Source: Octopus sinensis
Taxonomy: Eukaryota
Direction of reading: 5' to 3'
Assembly: GCF_006345805.1 (NCBI RefSeq)
Contig: NC_042999.1
Span: 6,324,001-6,388,000, forward strand
Length of the DNA: 64,000 nucleotides
This document shows, piece by piece, positions 1-12,147 of this stretch. The notes below the pieces were generated by a model, which had not been told where the DNA came from, did not search any database, and saw only the letters and a program-made list of their open reading frames with translations. The position numbers and the translations under genes were made by a program. Position 1 is the stretch's first letter, and each line of letters begins with the position of its first letter.

Positions 1-1875
1 TGTCTGTCCTTGTTTGTCCCCTCTATGTTTAGCCCCTTGTGGGTAATAAAGAAATAGGTATTTCGTTCTGTCACGGATCTCCAGTACTACCTTTGCGGAC
101 CACAGGTTGGGAACTGCTGCTATAGTCAGTGGAGATACCATTCATAGATGATAAAAATATTTTATTCAAGAAGTCTGAGTCCTAAGAATGTAAAAGAAAT
201 CAAACTCATGAAGGAGGACAACAAAGAAAAGTACCATATAACCTACTTCAGCAGAAAGGTTGACACTGGAATCATTAAGTCATTGCAGTTCCTTAGAACT
301 CACACTCAATACTTAGGGCTTTATGCCTAATAAAGAAAAGAGTTCCTCAGAACTCACTGACAAAATACATTCCTAAGTTTCTTATAATCTAATGGATCCA
401 GTGCCCAATACGTTACTGTATAGTTCGAAATCAATTTTGACTGAGCGCATCTTTCAGAAAGTTAGTTCAAACTACATTTAAGGCATATGATACTATCTAG
501 GACTTCGTTATCTACTTATCCTACACTATTAAGATGATATGTGGGAGATTTGGCAGTTATTTCTTGCAGATCAAACGGCTAAGTAGAGGGGTGTTTTGTA
601 GTGGATTTAGGACAAATCAATCACCCTGTTAAAATGAACACCCAGAGAAGTTGAAATTTTAAAAAATCAATCGAATTTATGAGCTGTACTCCTCTGTTGT
701 GTCTATTTAACTACACCTGTTATATAGCTAAACAGAACCATTGAAAGTCGAATATCTTGGAGACCACACAATGATGTGTGACGATAAAAATGCGAATTTT
801 GGTTAGTAGCAACACGACAGCGATTTATTCGATGGGAAGGCTCGTCCTTTTTCATGATTAAATATATATATATATATATTGACCCAGAAGCGGCAGGTGA
901 TCAACGAATTATTTTTTTGTTTTGGTTAATCTCACATTTCATTACAAGACACTATAGTGCAATATTTTCAAACGGATTACTTTCAAAAAAATAATTATTA
1001 GAAAGTGAATTTTCATTTTTCTAATACAAACTTTCATTTTGTATTCACAGAAATATACATATTGCCGTAAAACTTGAGAATAGGGTTTTGTAGTGCTTGC
1101 AGAAAAATTTACTCTGAATGCTAGGTTCACTTGTATAAATTAGATCTAAGATGTTGTGTAATGATGGATCAGCCCCAATAGAGGAGACCCACAGGTTTCG
1201 ACTGTTTTAATTTAGGGGTGTGTCCGACAATGCCAGATTATATATACAGGAGTCATCCTTGATGGCCGTAGTATATAGACGAAGTGGAAATCAACTGTTA
1301 AAAGAAAATCCACAAATGGTGTGACAGGTTAGGAATAGAAGGTTGTAGCGGAACTCTCTCAAGTAGTCCTGCTATATGGTCATTGAAAATAAGTTGTATA
1401 TTAACCAACAAATAACAATGGCAAAATATTACAACCTCTGTACACTGGATTAAATATCTCCTTAGTGATGCAGTTACTCCGGATTTAATAAAAAAAAATC
1501 CTAATCTATTCTTTGATGCCATCATTGAATCAAAGACTTCATAACAATTAATGATTACGAAATGGACTTCGTAATGAGATATTTCTAAATGAAAATAAAA
1601 TGGTAAATAACTCAATATTCCAACAAAAGCCAATACCACGGTAGTATTAATACATTTGAAGAAGAAGAGTTTTAAAAACGTGAAAATATTTTTCGACAAA
1701 AGTTTCTTTTTTTTTTTTTAAATGTCTTTTAAACATTCTATGAATTAATCTTCCATAACAAAATATCTTTTTAGATTTTACAAACGTTTACATCACTTAG
1801 AAAGAACCAAACCAGGAAGACACGTTATGCAATTTAAAGTATTTTCAAACTAAGACCATTTTAATCCCAATTTAA

Positions 1876-2077
1876 CCCTTTCGTTGACAACCAGGCCGAA
1901 ACCGGCTCTGGCTCTGTAGAACAAATGTCTTGTTTTCATAAGTTTTGCATCAAAATATACCACGAAACCTTAGTCGCAATTTATTGATAACTAAGTTATT
2001 TTACTAAATTCTTTGTTATATTTAAAATAATTGAAAGAAACACAGAGCATCTCAAAATAAATACAGTAACGAAAGGG
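1876..2077 (+). mobile_element. piggyBac-type MITE
   Basis: TTAA|CCCTTTCGTT ... AACGAAAGGG TIRs; internal sequence matches the 10790-11004 copy. The right TTAA is absent. Confidence 0.8.
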
Positions 2078-2089
2078 AAGGGTTTTTTC

Positions 2090-2300
2090 TTCTACGTGGC
2101 CGGATTTTCTCCCTGCTTGTCCCTCCTCAGCCCCGCATAACCGTGTTTGTTTTGTGAAGTTGACCGACGGAGTAAGCGACGTTTTGTATCGGCGAATCTG
2201 ATTGGTCTGCACATCGTGCTTAAACCCAATCAGCTCCGACCTCTCTAAAGTGCCATGTCAACCTCAACTATGGCGCCTGACATATTGTTATGTTAGTTCA
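2090..2300 (+). promoter_or_regulatory. Probable UBR5 promoter: CpG-rich segment with two inverted CCAAT (NF-Y) boxes
   Basis: CTGATTGG (2198-2205) and CCAATCAG (2226-2233) are exact reverse complements. Local CpG enrichment 90-300 bp upstream of the ATG. Confidence 0.6.
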
Positions 2301-2390
2301 AAGTCGCTGAAGATTTTGGGATATTTTCACATTTCTAACAAGTTTATGTGACTTTTTTTTTCTATATATATATTTTTTCCATTTTGAATC

Positions 2391-2452
2391 ATGACTTCAC
2401 TTCATTTTGTCGTCCATCCATTACCAGGAACAGATGATCAACTCAATGACAG
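2391..2452 (+). CDS. UBR5: UBR5 coding exon 1 ([21 protein letters not shown])
   Basis: ATG at 2391, donor AG|GTAAAA, phase 2. Nearly identical to the conserved UBR5 N-terminus. Confidence 0.97.
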
Positions 2453-2496
2453 GTAAAACAATAAAACAACTCAAGTAAACCATACGTGTTAAGAGC

Positions 2497-2498
<2 letters not shown>

Positions 2499-2571
<73 letters not shown>

Positions 2572-2803
2572 GTGTGGTGTGTGTATATATGTATATATAT
2601 ACACACACACATATATGTATATATATATGTGTGTGTATAAATATATACACACATATGTATGTATAATATATATGTGTGTGTGTGTATATATGTGTGTGTC
2701 TGTATATATATATATGTGTGTGTGTCTATATATATATATGTGTGTGTGTATATATCATATATATGTGTGTGTGTATGTAGGTTCATGTATCCATTCATAT
2801 ACA

Positions 2804-2844
<41 letters not shown>

Positions 2845-2852
2845 ATATATGC
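2499..2852. repeat. Compound (TA)n/(TG)n microsatellite
   Basis: Direct reading; source of the spurious YI/CV-rich ORFs. Confidence 0.95.
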
Positions 2853-2948
2853 ATGCAGATGATTTCAGTTATATCTTTCAGCCTAACAGCAAACACTGAA
2901 ATATAATTGTATACTTAAAATTTATTCCTATATTTGTTTAAAATGGTC

Positions 2949-3640
2949 ATATATATACATCCATATATATATATATCCATATATATATATATATATATCC
3001 ATATATATATATATTCATATATATAATATATATCCATATATATATATATTCATATATATAATATATATCCATATATATATTCATATATATAATATATATC
3101 CATATATATATTCATATATATAATATATATCCATATATATATTCATATATATAATATATATCCATATATATAATATTCATATATATATATATATCCATAT
3201 ATATATATATATTCATATATATATTCATATATATAATATATATCCATATATATAATATATATCCTATATATATATATTCATATATATATTCATATATATA
3301 ATATATATCCATATATATAATATATATCCATATATATATATATTCATATATATATTCATATATATAATATATATCCATATATATAATATATATCCATATA
3401 TATATATATCATATATATATTCATATATATAATATATATTCATATATATATTCATATATATAATATATATCCATATATATAATATATATCCATATATATA
3501 TATATTCATATATATATTCATATATATATATATATTCATATATATATTCATATATATATATATATTCATATATATATTCATATATATATATATATTCATA
3601 TATATATCCATATATATATATACATCCATATATATATATG
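2949..3640. repeat. AT-rich minisatellite built from (AT)n interrupted by TTC/TCC
   Basis: Recurrent atatatattcatatatataatatatatcc-type units. Confidence 0.92.
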
Positions 3641-4959
3641 GATGTATTTGAATATTATGAGGTTCCAACTAAAGACTACACATGTCCATCTATGCAATAG
3701 TCCTCCACATTTTCCTTTATAAAATAATCACGCTGTATTCACTCGAAATGAAGAATATTCATCGTTATCCTTTCAAAAGTAACCACACCTTGGAACAAAT
3801 CTAAAACCTAGATGACTTCTTTCACGTATAGAATATGTGTACTGGTGTCTTGTTCTCGGTTTTAGATAAAAAAAAAAAGACCCCCCCCCCTTATTATTTA
3901 AAACAAAATCTGTCCATGCCATATCTTTCTCATCATAATCTTGGGTTTCAATGTATGACCTGAAGCATTCCAGCCAGCTCAACACGTTAATTAGTGGAAC
4001 TATATAAACCAGGCTTCAACCTAGACTTGTTAGAATATGTGTCGCCCTGGTGGATTTATATAACCCAGTGTCTCTTCGCCTTTAAACCCTTCCTCTCTCT
4101 CTACAAGATGTTATTTTAAGGAACATCTACTAAACTGGACAATCACTCTGTGAGATTATCCTATTATACACACACACACATCTTGTGTGGTTCTATATAA
4201 TTGTAATAGGGTAGAGATATACAACATTCAATCCCATTTTCATGTATTTAAACATAATATTTAAACTAAAACGTTCCATCTTGCCTGATCTACACTAATG
4301 AGCTCAATTAATCTCTATCTATTTTCCCCTAATTATCACTTGGTATCTGTGGAGGTGTGCTGGGGCACGTTGGTGAGAAATTAACGACAGCATTTTACCA
4401 TTTTTTTTAATCCTCAAAGTTTTAGTTTCTCATTCAAATAATTATGACTGTAATTAGTTGCTTTAATTCACGTGAGAATTAATATTCTATTAATTTCAAT
4501 GGTATTTTATTCTTTAATTAAGTTTTACCCGAACCAGAGAAAGCTTCTATTAACATTTGGTACACGCAGCCTTACAATTGGAGTATTTCTGTTTTGGCTA
4601 AAGAAATTCAGTTTCCAGGAAATTGTTATATTTCACCTTTAAAATATCTTTATCAGTCTATATGGCTTCATCCTGTTGGTTTGGAATGTTTTATTAAAGC
4701 CTGCTTTCTAGTCAATTTGAGGCCCTAAAAAAAAAAATATATATATCCCCTTTGGTTGTATCAGTCAAAGGAAAGTGTATATTTTATATAGATTATTGGA
4801 ACTATATACAGCATGTTGTGCTTGTACAACTATGAAGATTTTCTTCATTATTTTCTGCTTTTTACTTTATCAAAGTTGAATTTTTAAAAAACAACTTTTT
4901 TTTAGAAAGAAACAAAGTATTTTAAACCTGCCATTTTTTTTCCGGGTGTGTTTCTTAAA

Positions 4960-4998
<39 letters not shown>

Positions 4999-5203
4999 CA
5001 TGAACTTGTTAAAATGCTTAGTTCTACACAATCTTATAACACTCTAATGTCTGTACATGACTCCTTGGTTTTATATAAAAAAAACTGTCCTTGTTGAAAT
5101 AATTACTTTTTTATCACATTGTTGGGTTTCTTACTGCAGAAATCCTTAACAACAATAATATACACTAGTCACCACTTCCTTTGTTTTACTGATATGTGTA
5201 TAT

Positions 5204-5241
<38 letters not shown>

Positions 5242-8200
5242 ATACACTTATACACGCGCACATGAGCGAGTGTATAGCTTCAATCGTTTTATACATTCAA
5301 TGTGGGTAGCTTGTTAATTTTCTTTTTGTCCATTAATAATAGTGAGCTATCAGGTCGACTAAATATTACTTAATGCCATGACAAAGGTCATTGTGACCAG
5401 ACGTGTTAATCTGTATATATATAGTGGAATCGGTCTTATTTTAAAATCGAAGAATATGGCCTCTTTATTCCAGTACCATAATTACTGACTTATTAACCTT
5501 CACCGCCTCTATATCTCCTAGCTCTTAATTACTCATTTGCCACACTTCGATTTTTTTCTTTATCTCTTTCCACGATTCTCATTTATCATTCAACGTATTC
5601 CTTAACACTTTTCATTATTCGAGGAAAATGTTCGCTCAATCGAATCTATTATTAATCTTTAATCTTTAATCGCTGTTCATTTTAATGAATTGTTCTTCCT
5701 CCAAGGCGACTATTTCCCCCCTCCCTCCCTCCTTTAAATGTGTGTGTGTGGGGTAGGTGGAAATATACAAGAAATTATTCTTTTCTTAAATTTGAATTCG
5801 TCTTGAGTCGTATTTGAAACCCTGCTATTTACAGCCGTTGATTATAATAGATTTTTTTTTAATTTGACCTAATGCCGCCTTTTATAAATAAATCGGTTCC
5901 TAATTAACACCGATCGTCCAGTTAATAATAATAATAATAATACTAATTAATGGTCGAGCCGAAAATGTAGTTTTATGGAGTCGACAAGCAAAGCACATGC
6001 GGGTTGGCAGCCTCCACTATTATATATAGCTGCTGTATTTATAAATGTATAGTCACGGACATATTACGAGATTTCTAGTAGATTGCTTGCCATATATACA
6101 TACATACACATATATATATATATATGTATATATATGTATGTATATAATGCACCGGTATAGGCGGAATGGACTGATAAAATTTAATTAGGAATTCGTAAAA
6201 TATATAAATAAATGCTGAGAAAAAAAAAGGAATCCGTTATAAATGTCTATCTAACTGACTAACCGTTTTTTTTAATTTTAAATACTTCTTTTGCTCGAGT
6301 AGGTTAATGGCTGATATAACCTTTATAGATTGAATGTTGAAAAAGCTGAGCATTTATCATGGAGAGGCGGACTCGGCCGATCCGTTTTCGATTCCCGACT
6401 GTGTATATCACACGTTTTCGTCAACGTATTTCATGCTTTCGACAAAATTACCAAAAAAAAAAAAATAATAATAAATAAATAAAATAAAGCTACCCCACGA
6501 TTCGTATTTTCTATCGATGTCAGAAACCCGGGTGATTTCATTAAAGAAATTGTTTGAAAAAAAAAAAAACGAAAAAAAAAAAAATAAATAACTGTCTCTG
6601 AATGACTACCTTAAAAATGTTTTACGACAGAATCCACTTTAGCACCTGCAGTTTTCGTTTTCCGTTTAAAACCGTAAATTGTATCGAGATCAAAATTATC
6701 CATCTTGTTAATTCCCTCTGTCGCACCCACCCATCCACCCATATTTCTACGGGTCTAGTTTCCTCGAGGGTTGATTAAAAGACCAAATAATTCTTCGTAT
6801 AATTGAAGTACTTGCTCACTTCTGCAATTAAAGGACGTCTGTGTGTTGCTGTCTCCGTTCCTCTCTCTTGTATTTGATTCAGTAAAGAATAGAATTGGAA
6901 TCGTAGACTCAATTAAAAGATCGTTTAAAAACTGGCTATATTTACAGTTATCGATCTAGGACATTGCCTATATATATATGTTACATGGACTCATTGGTGA
7001 TTTGTTTCGATTCGTGAGTTTCTCAAACAGCTGTGAAGGTTTATCAGTAAAGTCTTAAGCCATGATTCGCTTTTATACCAAGATTTTTTGAAGGTTCATA
7101 TTTTTAGGGTCTTTTTTTACTCCCTCTTTTTTTTTTCCTTTTCTTTGGAAATAATGAGCGCCTAATTTAATTCTGCTGTGATTTTCAGATCAACGAAAAT
7201 GTTATGTAATCATTAAACAACCGTGTGAATAATTTCTAATAATAAAACAAAACATATTTTAGAAATAATGACGATAAATTTGTAAATATTTTTATGCCTC
7301 TTTTTAGAAGGTGAGGATTTAGTCTTTTGATTTTGAACTTTATATTCTGTAATTAGAGAGAGACAATGGTTGAATTGGTGGTCACTAGCATTTAAAAGAA
7401 TAGGACTTACACGTGGGAGTGTGTTCTGCTAGAGATAAGCAAATTTCCTACAAACCACACCTACTTGGAAAGCGGAGTACAGAGTATTGTTTCATCAGAA
7501 CTCACCCAGGGTTAATTAGAGGTACTTCTTATAAATAATACTGGAACTGCGGAAGTGCAGGGTGAATGTCTGACACATAGCTTTGTTCAGTTTTATGTCT
7601 AGTTTTCAGTGCTAGCATGGGTTAGACGAATATGGTACTGAAGCATTGTTTTAGAGTCCTGCTGTTAATCCATATCTATTTTTCAAGTGAGTGGGGTGGT
7701 CTCTTATTCCAGATCCTGTCAATCTCTTTTTGTCGAACCGCTAAGTTTCATCACTGGTTGTCAAGTGGTGGTGGTGGGGGAGAAACACACACACATATGC
7801 ACACACACAGATATATATATAGTAGTTCCCAAAATTTTTCAGGCTGTTGTTTCCTTGGCACCCAGGCAGCATTCCTAACACCCCTCCCCTTCCCACCACA
7901 GATATAGACCACTTTCTGCAGCAAATTCAAAACAACTGTGTTTCAGAAATCTTAGACCTAATTTATATATATATATATATATTTTTTTTTTTACATCTAT
8001 CACCTCATTTTTGCCATCCCATTGTCATCCCACTTTTCTTCAATGCCCCACCATCTTCCCATCACTCCCAAGGGGGCAGCACAGCCCACTTTGGGAACCA
8101 CTGATGGGCTTTTTTCACTTTCATCTACCAAATCTACTCGGGGCCTTGTAGAAGACACTTGCCCAAGGTACCATGAAGTGGGACTGAACCCAGAACCATG

Positions 8201-9060
8201 TGGTTAGGAAGCAAGCTTCTTCCCATACAGCCATGCCTATGCCTATAATAATAATAATTGTTCTAGTTTCCCCCAGTGTATTACTGGTTTGCTAAATTTC
8301 TGATGTTGAGTATCTGTGCCATTGGAAGGGAGTAAACACACCAGTTTATCTAGTTTCTCAAAGGTGTGTATAATTTTCACTGATACACTTACAACAAGGC
8401 TTCAACACAGTTTCCATTTGCCACATTTCAATCACAAAACATTGACCACTCTGGGGCATTGGTAAAGGATGCTTGTCCATCATCCTGCACGGTGGGATAA
8501 CTTACGACCATTTGGTTACAAATAAACTTTTTAACTACGCAGGTGTGTTTGCGTGGTAAGAAGTTTGCTTCCCAACCACATGGTTCCGGGTTCAGTTCCA
8601 CTGCGTGGCAACTTGGGGCAAGTGTCTTCTATAGCCTCAGGCTGACCAAATCTTGTGAGTGGATTTGGTAGATGGAAACTGAAAGAAGCCCATCATGTAT
8701 GTGTTTTTAATTTGTCCCTCACCACCACCACTTGACGGATGGTGTTGGTGTGTTTACATCCCTGTAACTCAGCAGTTTGGCAAAAGAGACCAATAGAATA
8801 AGTACCACACTTTAAAAAAATAATGGGGTTGATTGATTCTACTAAAAATTCATGATGGTGCCCCAGCATGGCCACAGTCTAGACTGAAACAAAAGATAAG
8901 ATGACCATAGGTGCAGGAGTGGCTGTGTGGTAAGAAGCTTGCTTCCCAATCACCTGGTTCCAAGTTCAGTCTCACTGTGTGGCACTTTAGGTGTCTTCTG
9001 TAGCCCCGGTTGCAAGCCTAGTACTTATTGTATCAGTTCACCTTTTGCTGAACCGCTATG

Positions 9061-9448
9061 TTACGGGGACAAACACACCAACATCGGTTGTCAAGCGGTG
9101 GTGGTGGGGACAAATAACAAACACACACACACACACACACATATATGACAGGCTTCTTTCAGTTTCCGTTTACACACACACACACACACACACACAATAA
9201 ATAAATAAATATATACATATATATATATGTATATATATATTGTGTTTGTGTGTGTGCACACACACAAACACAATATATATATACATATATATATGTATAT
9301 ATTTATTTATTTATTGTGTGTGTGTGTGTGTGTGTAAACGGAAACTGAAAGAAGCCTGTCATATATGTGTGTGTGTGTGTGTGTGTGTTTGTTATTTGTC
9401 CCCACCACCACCGCTTGACAACCGATGTTGGTGTGTTTGTCCCCGTAA
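9061..9448. repeat. Near-perfect spacerless palindrome (about 195-bp arms) of a SINE fragment plus microsatellites
   Basis: Centre gtgtg|cacac at 9256/9257; opposite-strand ORFs give the same peptide. Confidence 0.9.
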
Positions 9449-10789
9449 TGCAATGGGTTTTTTTCAGTTTCCATCAGTAACAAGGTTTTGGTCAGCTCAG
9501 AACTAGACTAGAAGACACTGACCCAAGTGAACCTGGAACCAGTTTCTTGACCACACAACCATTCCTGCACTGTCTGTACAAATAATTCCACATGAAATTT
9601 TTGAGGTTATAAATTTAACTTTCAAATAGAAAATGAAATAATAAATCCAGTCTTTTAAATTTGGTGTTTGAGAAGCTATTCAAATGTATGTACTTTGTAC
9701 TGTAAAATATGGAAACACTCTTAATTTCATTGGGATGTTGTAATTCTGTTTTGAAATTTAGGAAAATTACTCATTTTTACAGTTTTGTGATGTCAACAGT
9801 AAGTTCATCCATGCTTTGATTTGTTTTTAATTGTATAGAGGTTGAGACGAGGCTGTGTGGTAAGAAACTTGCTTCCCACTGCATGGCACTTTGGCCAAGT
9901 GTCTGCTACTATAGCCTTGGGCTGACCAAAGCCTTGTGAGTGGATTTGGTAGAAGGAAACTGAAAGAAGCCCATGTATATGTGTGTGTGTATTTGTGTCT
10001 GTCTGTTCCCCCCCTACCATCACTTGACAATCAATGTTGGTGTGTTTATGTCCCTGAAACTTAGCGGTTCAGCAAAAGAGACCGATAGAATAAGTACTGT
10101 GTGGCACCTTTGGCAAGTATCTTCTACTATATAGCCTTGGGCCAGCCAAAGCTTTGTGATTGAATTTGGTAGATAGAAACTGAAAGAAGCCTGTCGTGTG
10201 TGTGTGTGTATTTGTGTCTGTTTATACCCCCACCATTGCTTGACAACCAATGTTGGTGTGTTTACATCCCTGAAACTTAGCAGTTCAGCAAAAGAAAATG
10301 GCCGAATAAGTGCTAAGCTTACAAAGAATAAGTCCTGGGGTTGATTTATTTGACTAAAGGCAGTGCTCCAGCATGGCTGCAGTCAAACTACTGAAACAAG
10401 TAAAAGAATAGAAAAATTCCCTCAGGAAGGAAGTTATTTGAAAAGAAATTCAAATTCTTTGATTCATCCAAGATAGAATTGCAGTTTGATTCTTCATCAG
10501 TTTCCAGTGCATCATTTGTCTGGTAGCATCTTTTGGCCAATGTGTGCTCAACAGGTCTTCCATTAGCTTCCCATATCTTTGACCATTTCATTCTTGAGAC
10601 CTTCAGCAGCATTATTTCATCTCAGCTCTTGAGTCACTCTGCTTTAATTACCATTCACTACACCTCATCATCATCATATACCTCTTTTCCATGCTAGTAT
10701 GGGTTGGATTGTTTGCTAAGGTGGAGTATCACATCTTGCTCTCTTGTCTCAGTTTTAGCATCATTTTTATGGTTGAATGTACCTCTTAA

Positions 10790-11004
10790 CCCTTTCATTA
10801 CTGTATTTATTTTGAGATGTTCTGTTTTTCTTTCAATTACTTTAAATATAACAAAGAATTTAGTAAAATGACTTAGTTATCATTAAGCTAGTGTTAGGAA
10901 CATAAATTGTGACTAAGGTTTGGTGGAAGATTTTAATTCAAAACTTATGAAAACAAGACATTTGTACTACAGAGCCGGTTTTAGCCGGGTTGGTAACGAA
11001 AGGG
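10790..11004 (-). mobile_element. piggyBac-type MITE, complete with TTAA target duplications
   Basis: TTAA|CCCTTTCATT ... AACGAAAGGG|TTAA; reverse copy of 1876-2077. Confidence 0.88.
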
Positions 11005-11500
11005 TTAACATCCCCAAAATAGGGCAGCTTTTAAGCTAGTATATAATTACTACTATAAGTAAAATTTAGTATGTTATGTTATCTAAAGCTTAATGTCCCC
11101 TTTGACGTGGTTCCCTCGGAGGCGGACCTGCACATGTTAAGAATTTCTGTTCTAGGTGCTTATTACCTCTTGGATCCATTGTCATTCAATCACAACGCAA
11201 TAACTTAGGGGTATAAATAACAATGACGAGAGAGAGAGAGAGAGAAAGGATGTTATGAAGTATTTTATTGATTATTGTTTAGAAGATCAATAAGCGAAAT
11301 TGTTGACAGCAATTTGTTGCATTTTGATGAAAACCAGCAATCAACTGTTGTTACTATTATTCCAAAATGTCACCAAATGTGACATCGGGGAAACAATTTC
11401 TGTGTTTTTACAGGTTTTTGTTTCTGTCAAGTAGAAATGCATCTAGCATCATCCTCAACAGTCACTGCTAAGATAATGATTTTTGCCTGCCTCATATATA

Positions 11501-11700
11501 CACTAATCCCTCGCCATGTCACGGTTTACCTATTGCACACCCAGTACATCATGGATTTTTCTGGCTAATATATGTATATTTATATTGTGGAATCCTCAGT
11601 ATATCGTGGTTTTCTGCAACCAATAGGCATTTATATTTTTTAGATTTTAATTATTTCTGTGGGAGGTTTTGGAATGTAACACCCACGATAGTTGAGGGAT

Positions 11701-11705
<5 letters not shown>
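11501..11705 (-). mobile_element. Tc1/mariner-pogo-type MITE (CAGTAATCCCTCG-like TIR, TA flanks), uninterrupted copy
   Basis: TA|CACTAATCCCTCG ... GAGGGATTACT; internal sequence matches 21857-22359. Confidence 0.75.
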
Positions 11706-11736
<31 letters not shown>

Positions 11737-11738
<2 letters not shown>

Positions 11739-12147
11739 GAATGGTCATATTGCCAGTTTAGCCAATAAAAACACACGCACTATATATTTGGTGTTATTTT
11801 GCTTCAGTGATATTTATTTTTTACATTAATCTTAATCTTTTTTCGGCCAAAGTTCTTTCGTCACACTCCTGTGACCGCATCAGTGGTCCTTTGTTTTCTT
11901 CTCACTTATTTGTGTCTCTCCTTACTAACTGTCAGAAATACAAAATGGCTGACGGTTAGTAAGGAGAGACACAAATAAGTGAGAAGAAAACAAAGGACCA
12001 CTGATGCGGTCACAGGAGTGTGACGAAAGAACTCTGGCCGAAATAAGATCAAGATTAATGTAAAAAATAAATATCACTGAAGCAAAATAACACCAAATAT
12101 ATAGTGTGTGTGTTTTTATTGGCTAAACTGGCAATATGACCATTCCG
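11737..12147. mobile_element. Fold-back element (199-bp arms, 13-nt spacer) with a variant minimal hammerhead motif in each arm; Penelope-like derivative
   Basis: The arms are near-perfect reverse complements. GGACCA-CTGATG-CG-GTCAC/GTGAC-GAAA-GAAC-TC-TGGCC at 11995-12039. Confidence 0.65.

Noticed and set aside
1298-1699. 133-aa minus-strand ORF starting at TTG
   Set aside because: No recognisable domain, non-ATG start, AT-rich composition; not called as a CDS.
2421-3668. Multiple YI/CV/HT-rich ORFs
   Set aside because: Translations of TA/TG micro- and minisatellites.
10388-10612. 74-aa minus-strand ORF with protein-like composition
   Set aside because: No recognisable motif or convincing splice sites, and it runs into a SINE tail.
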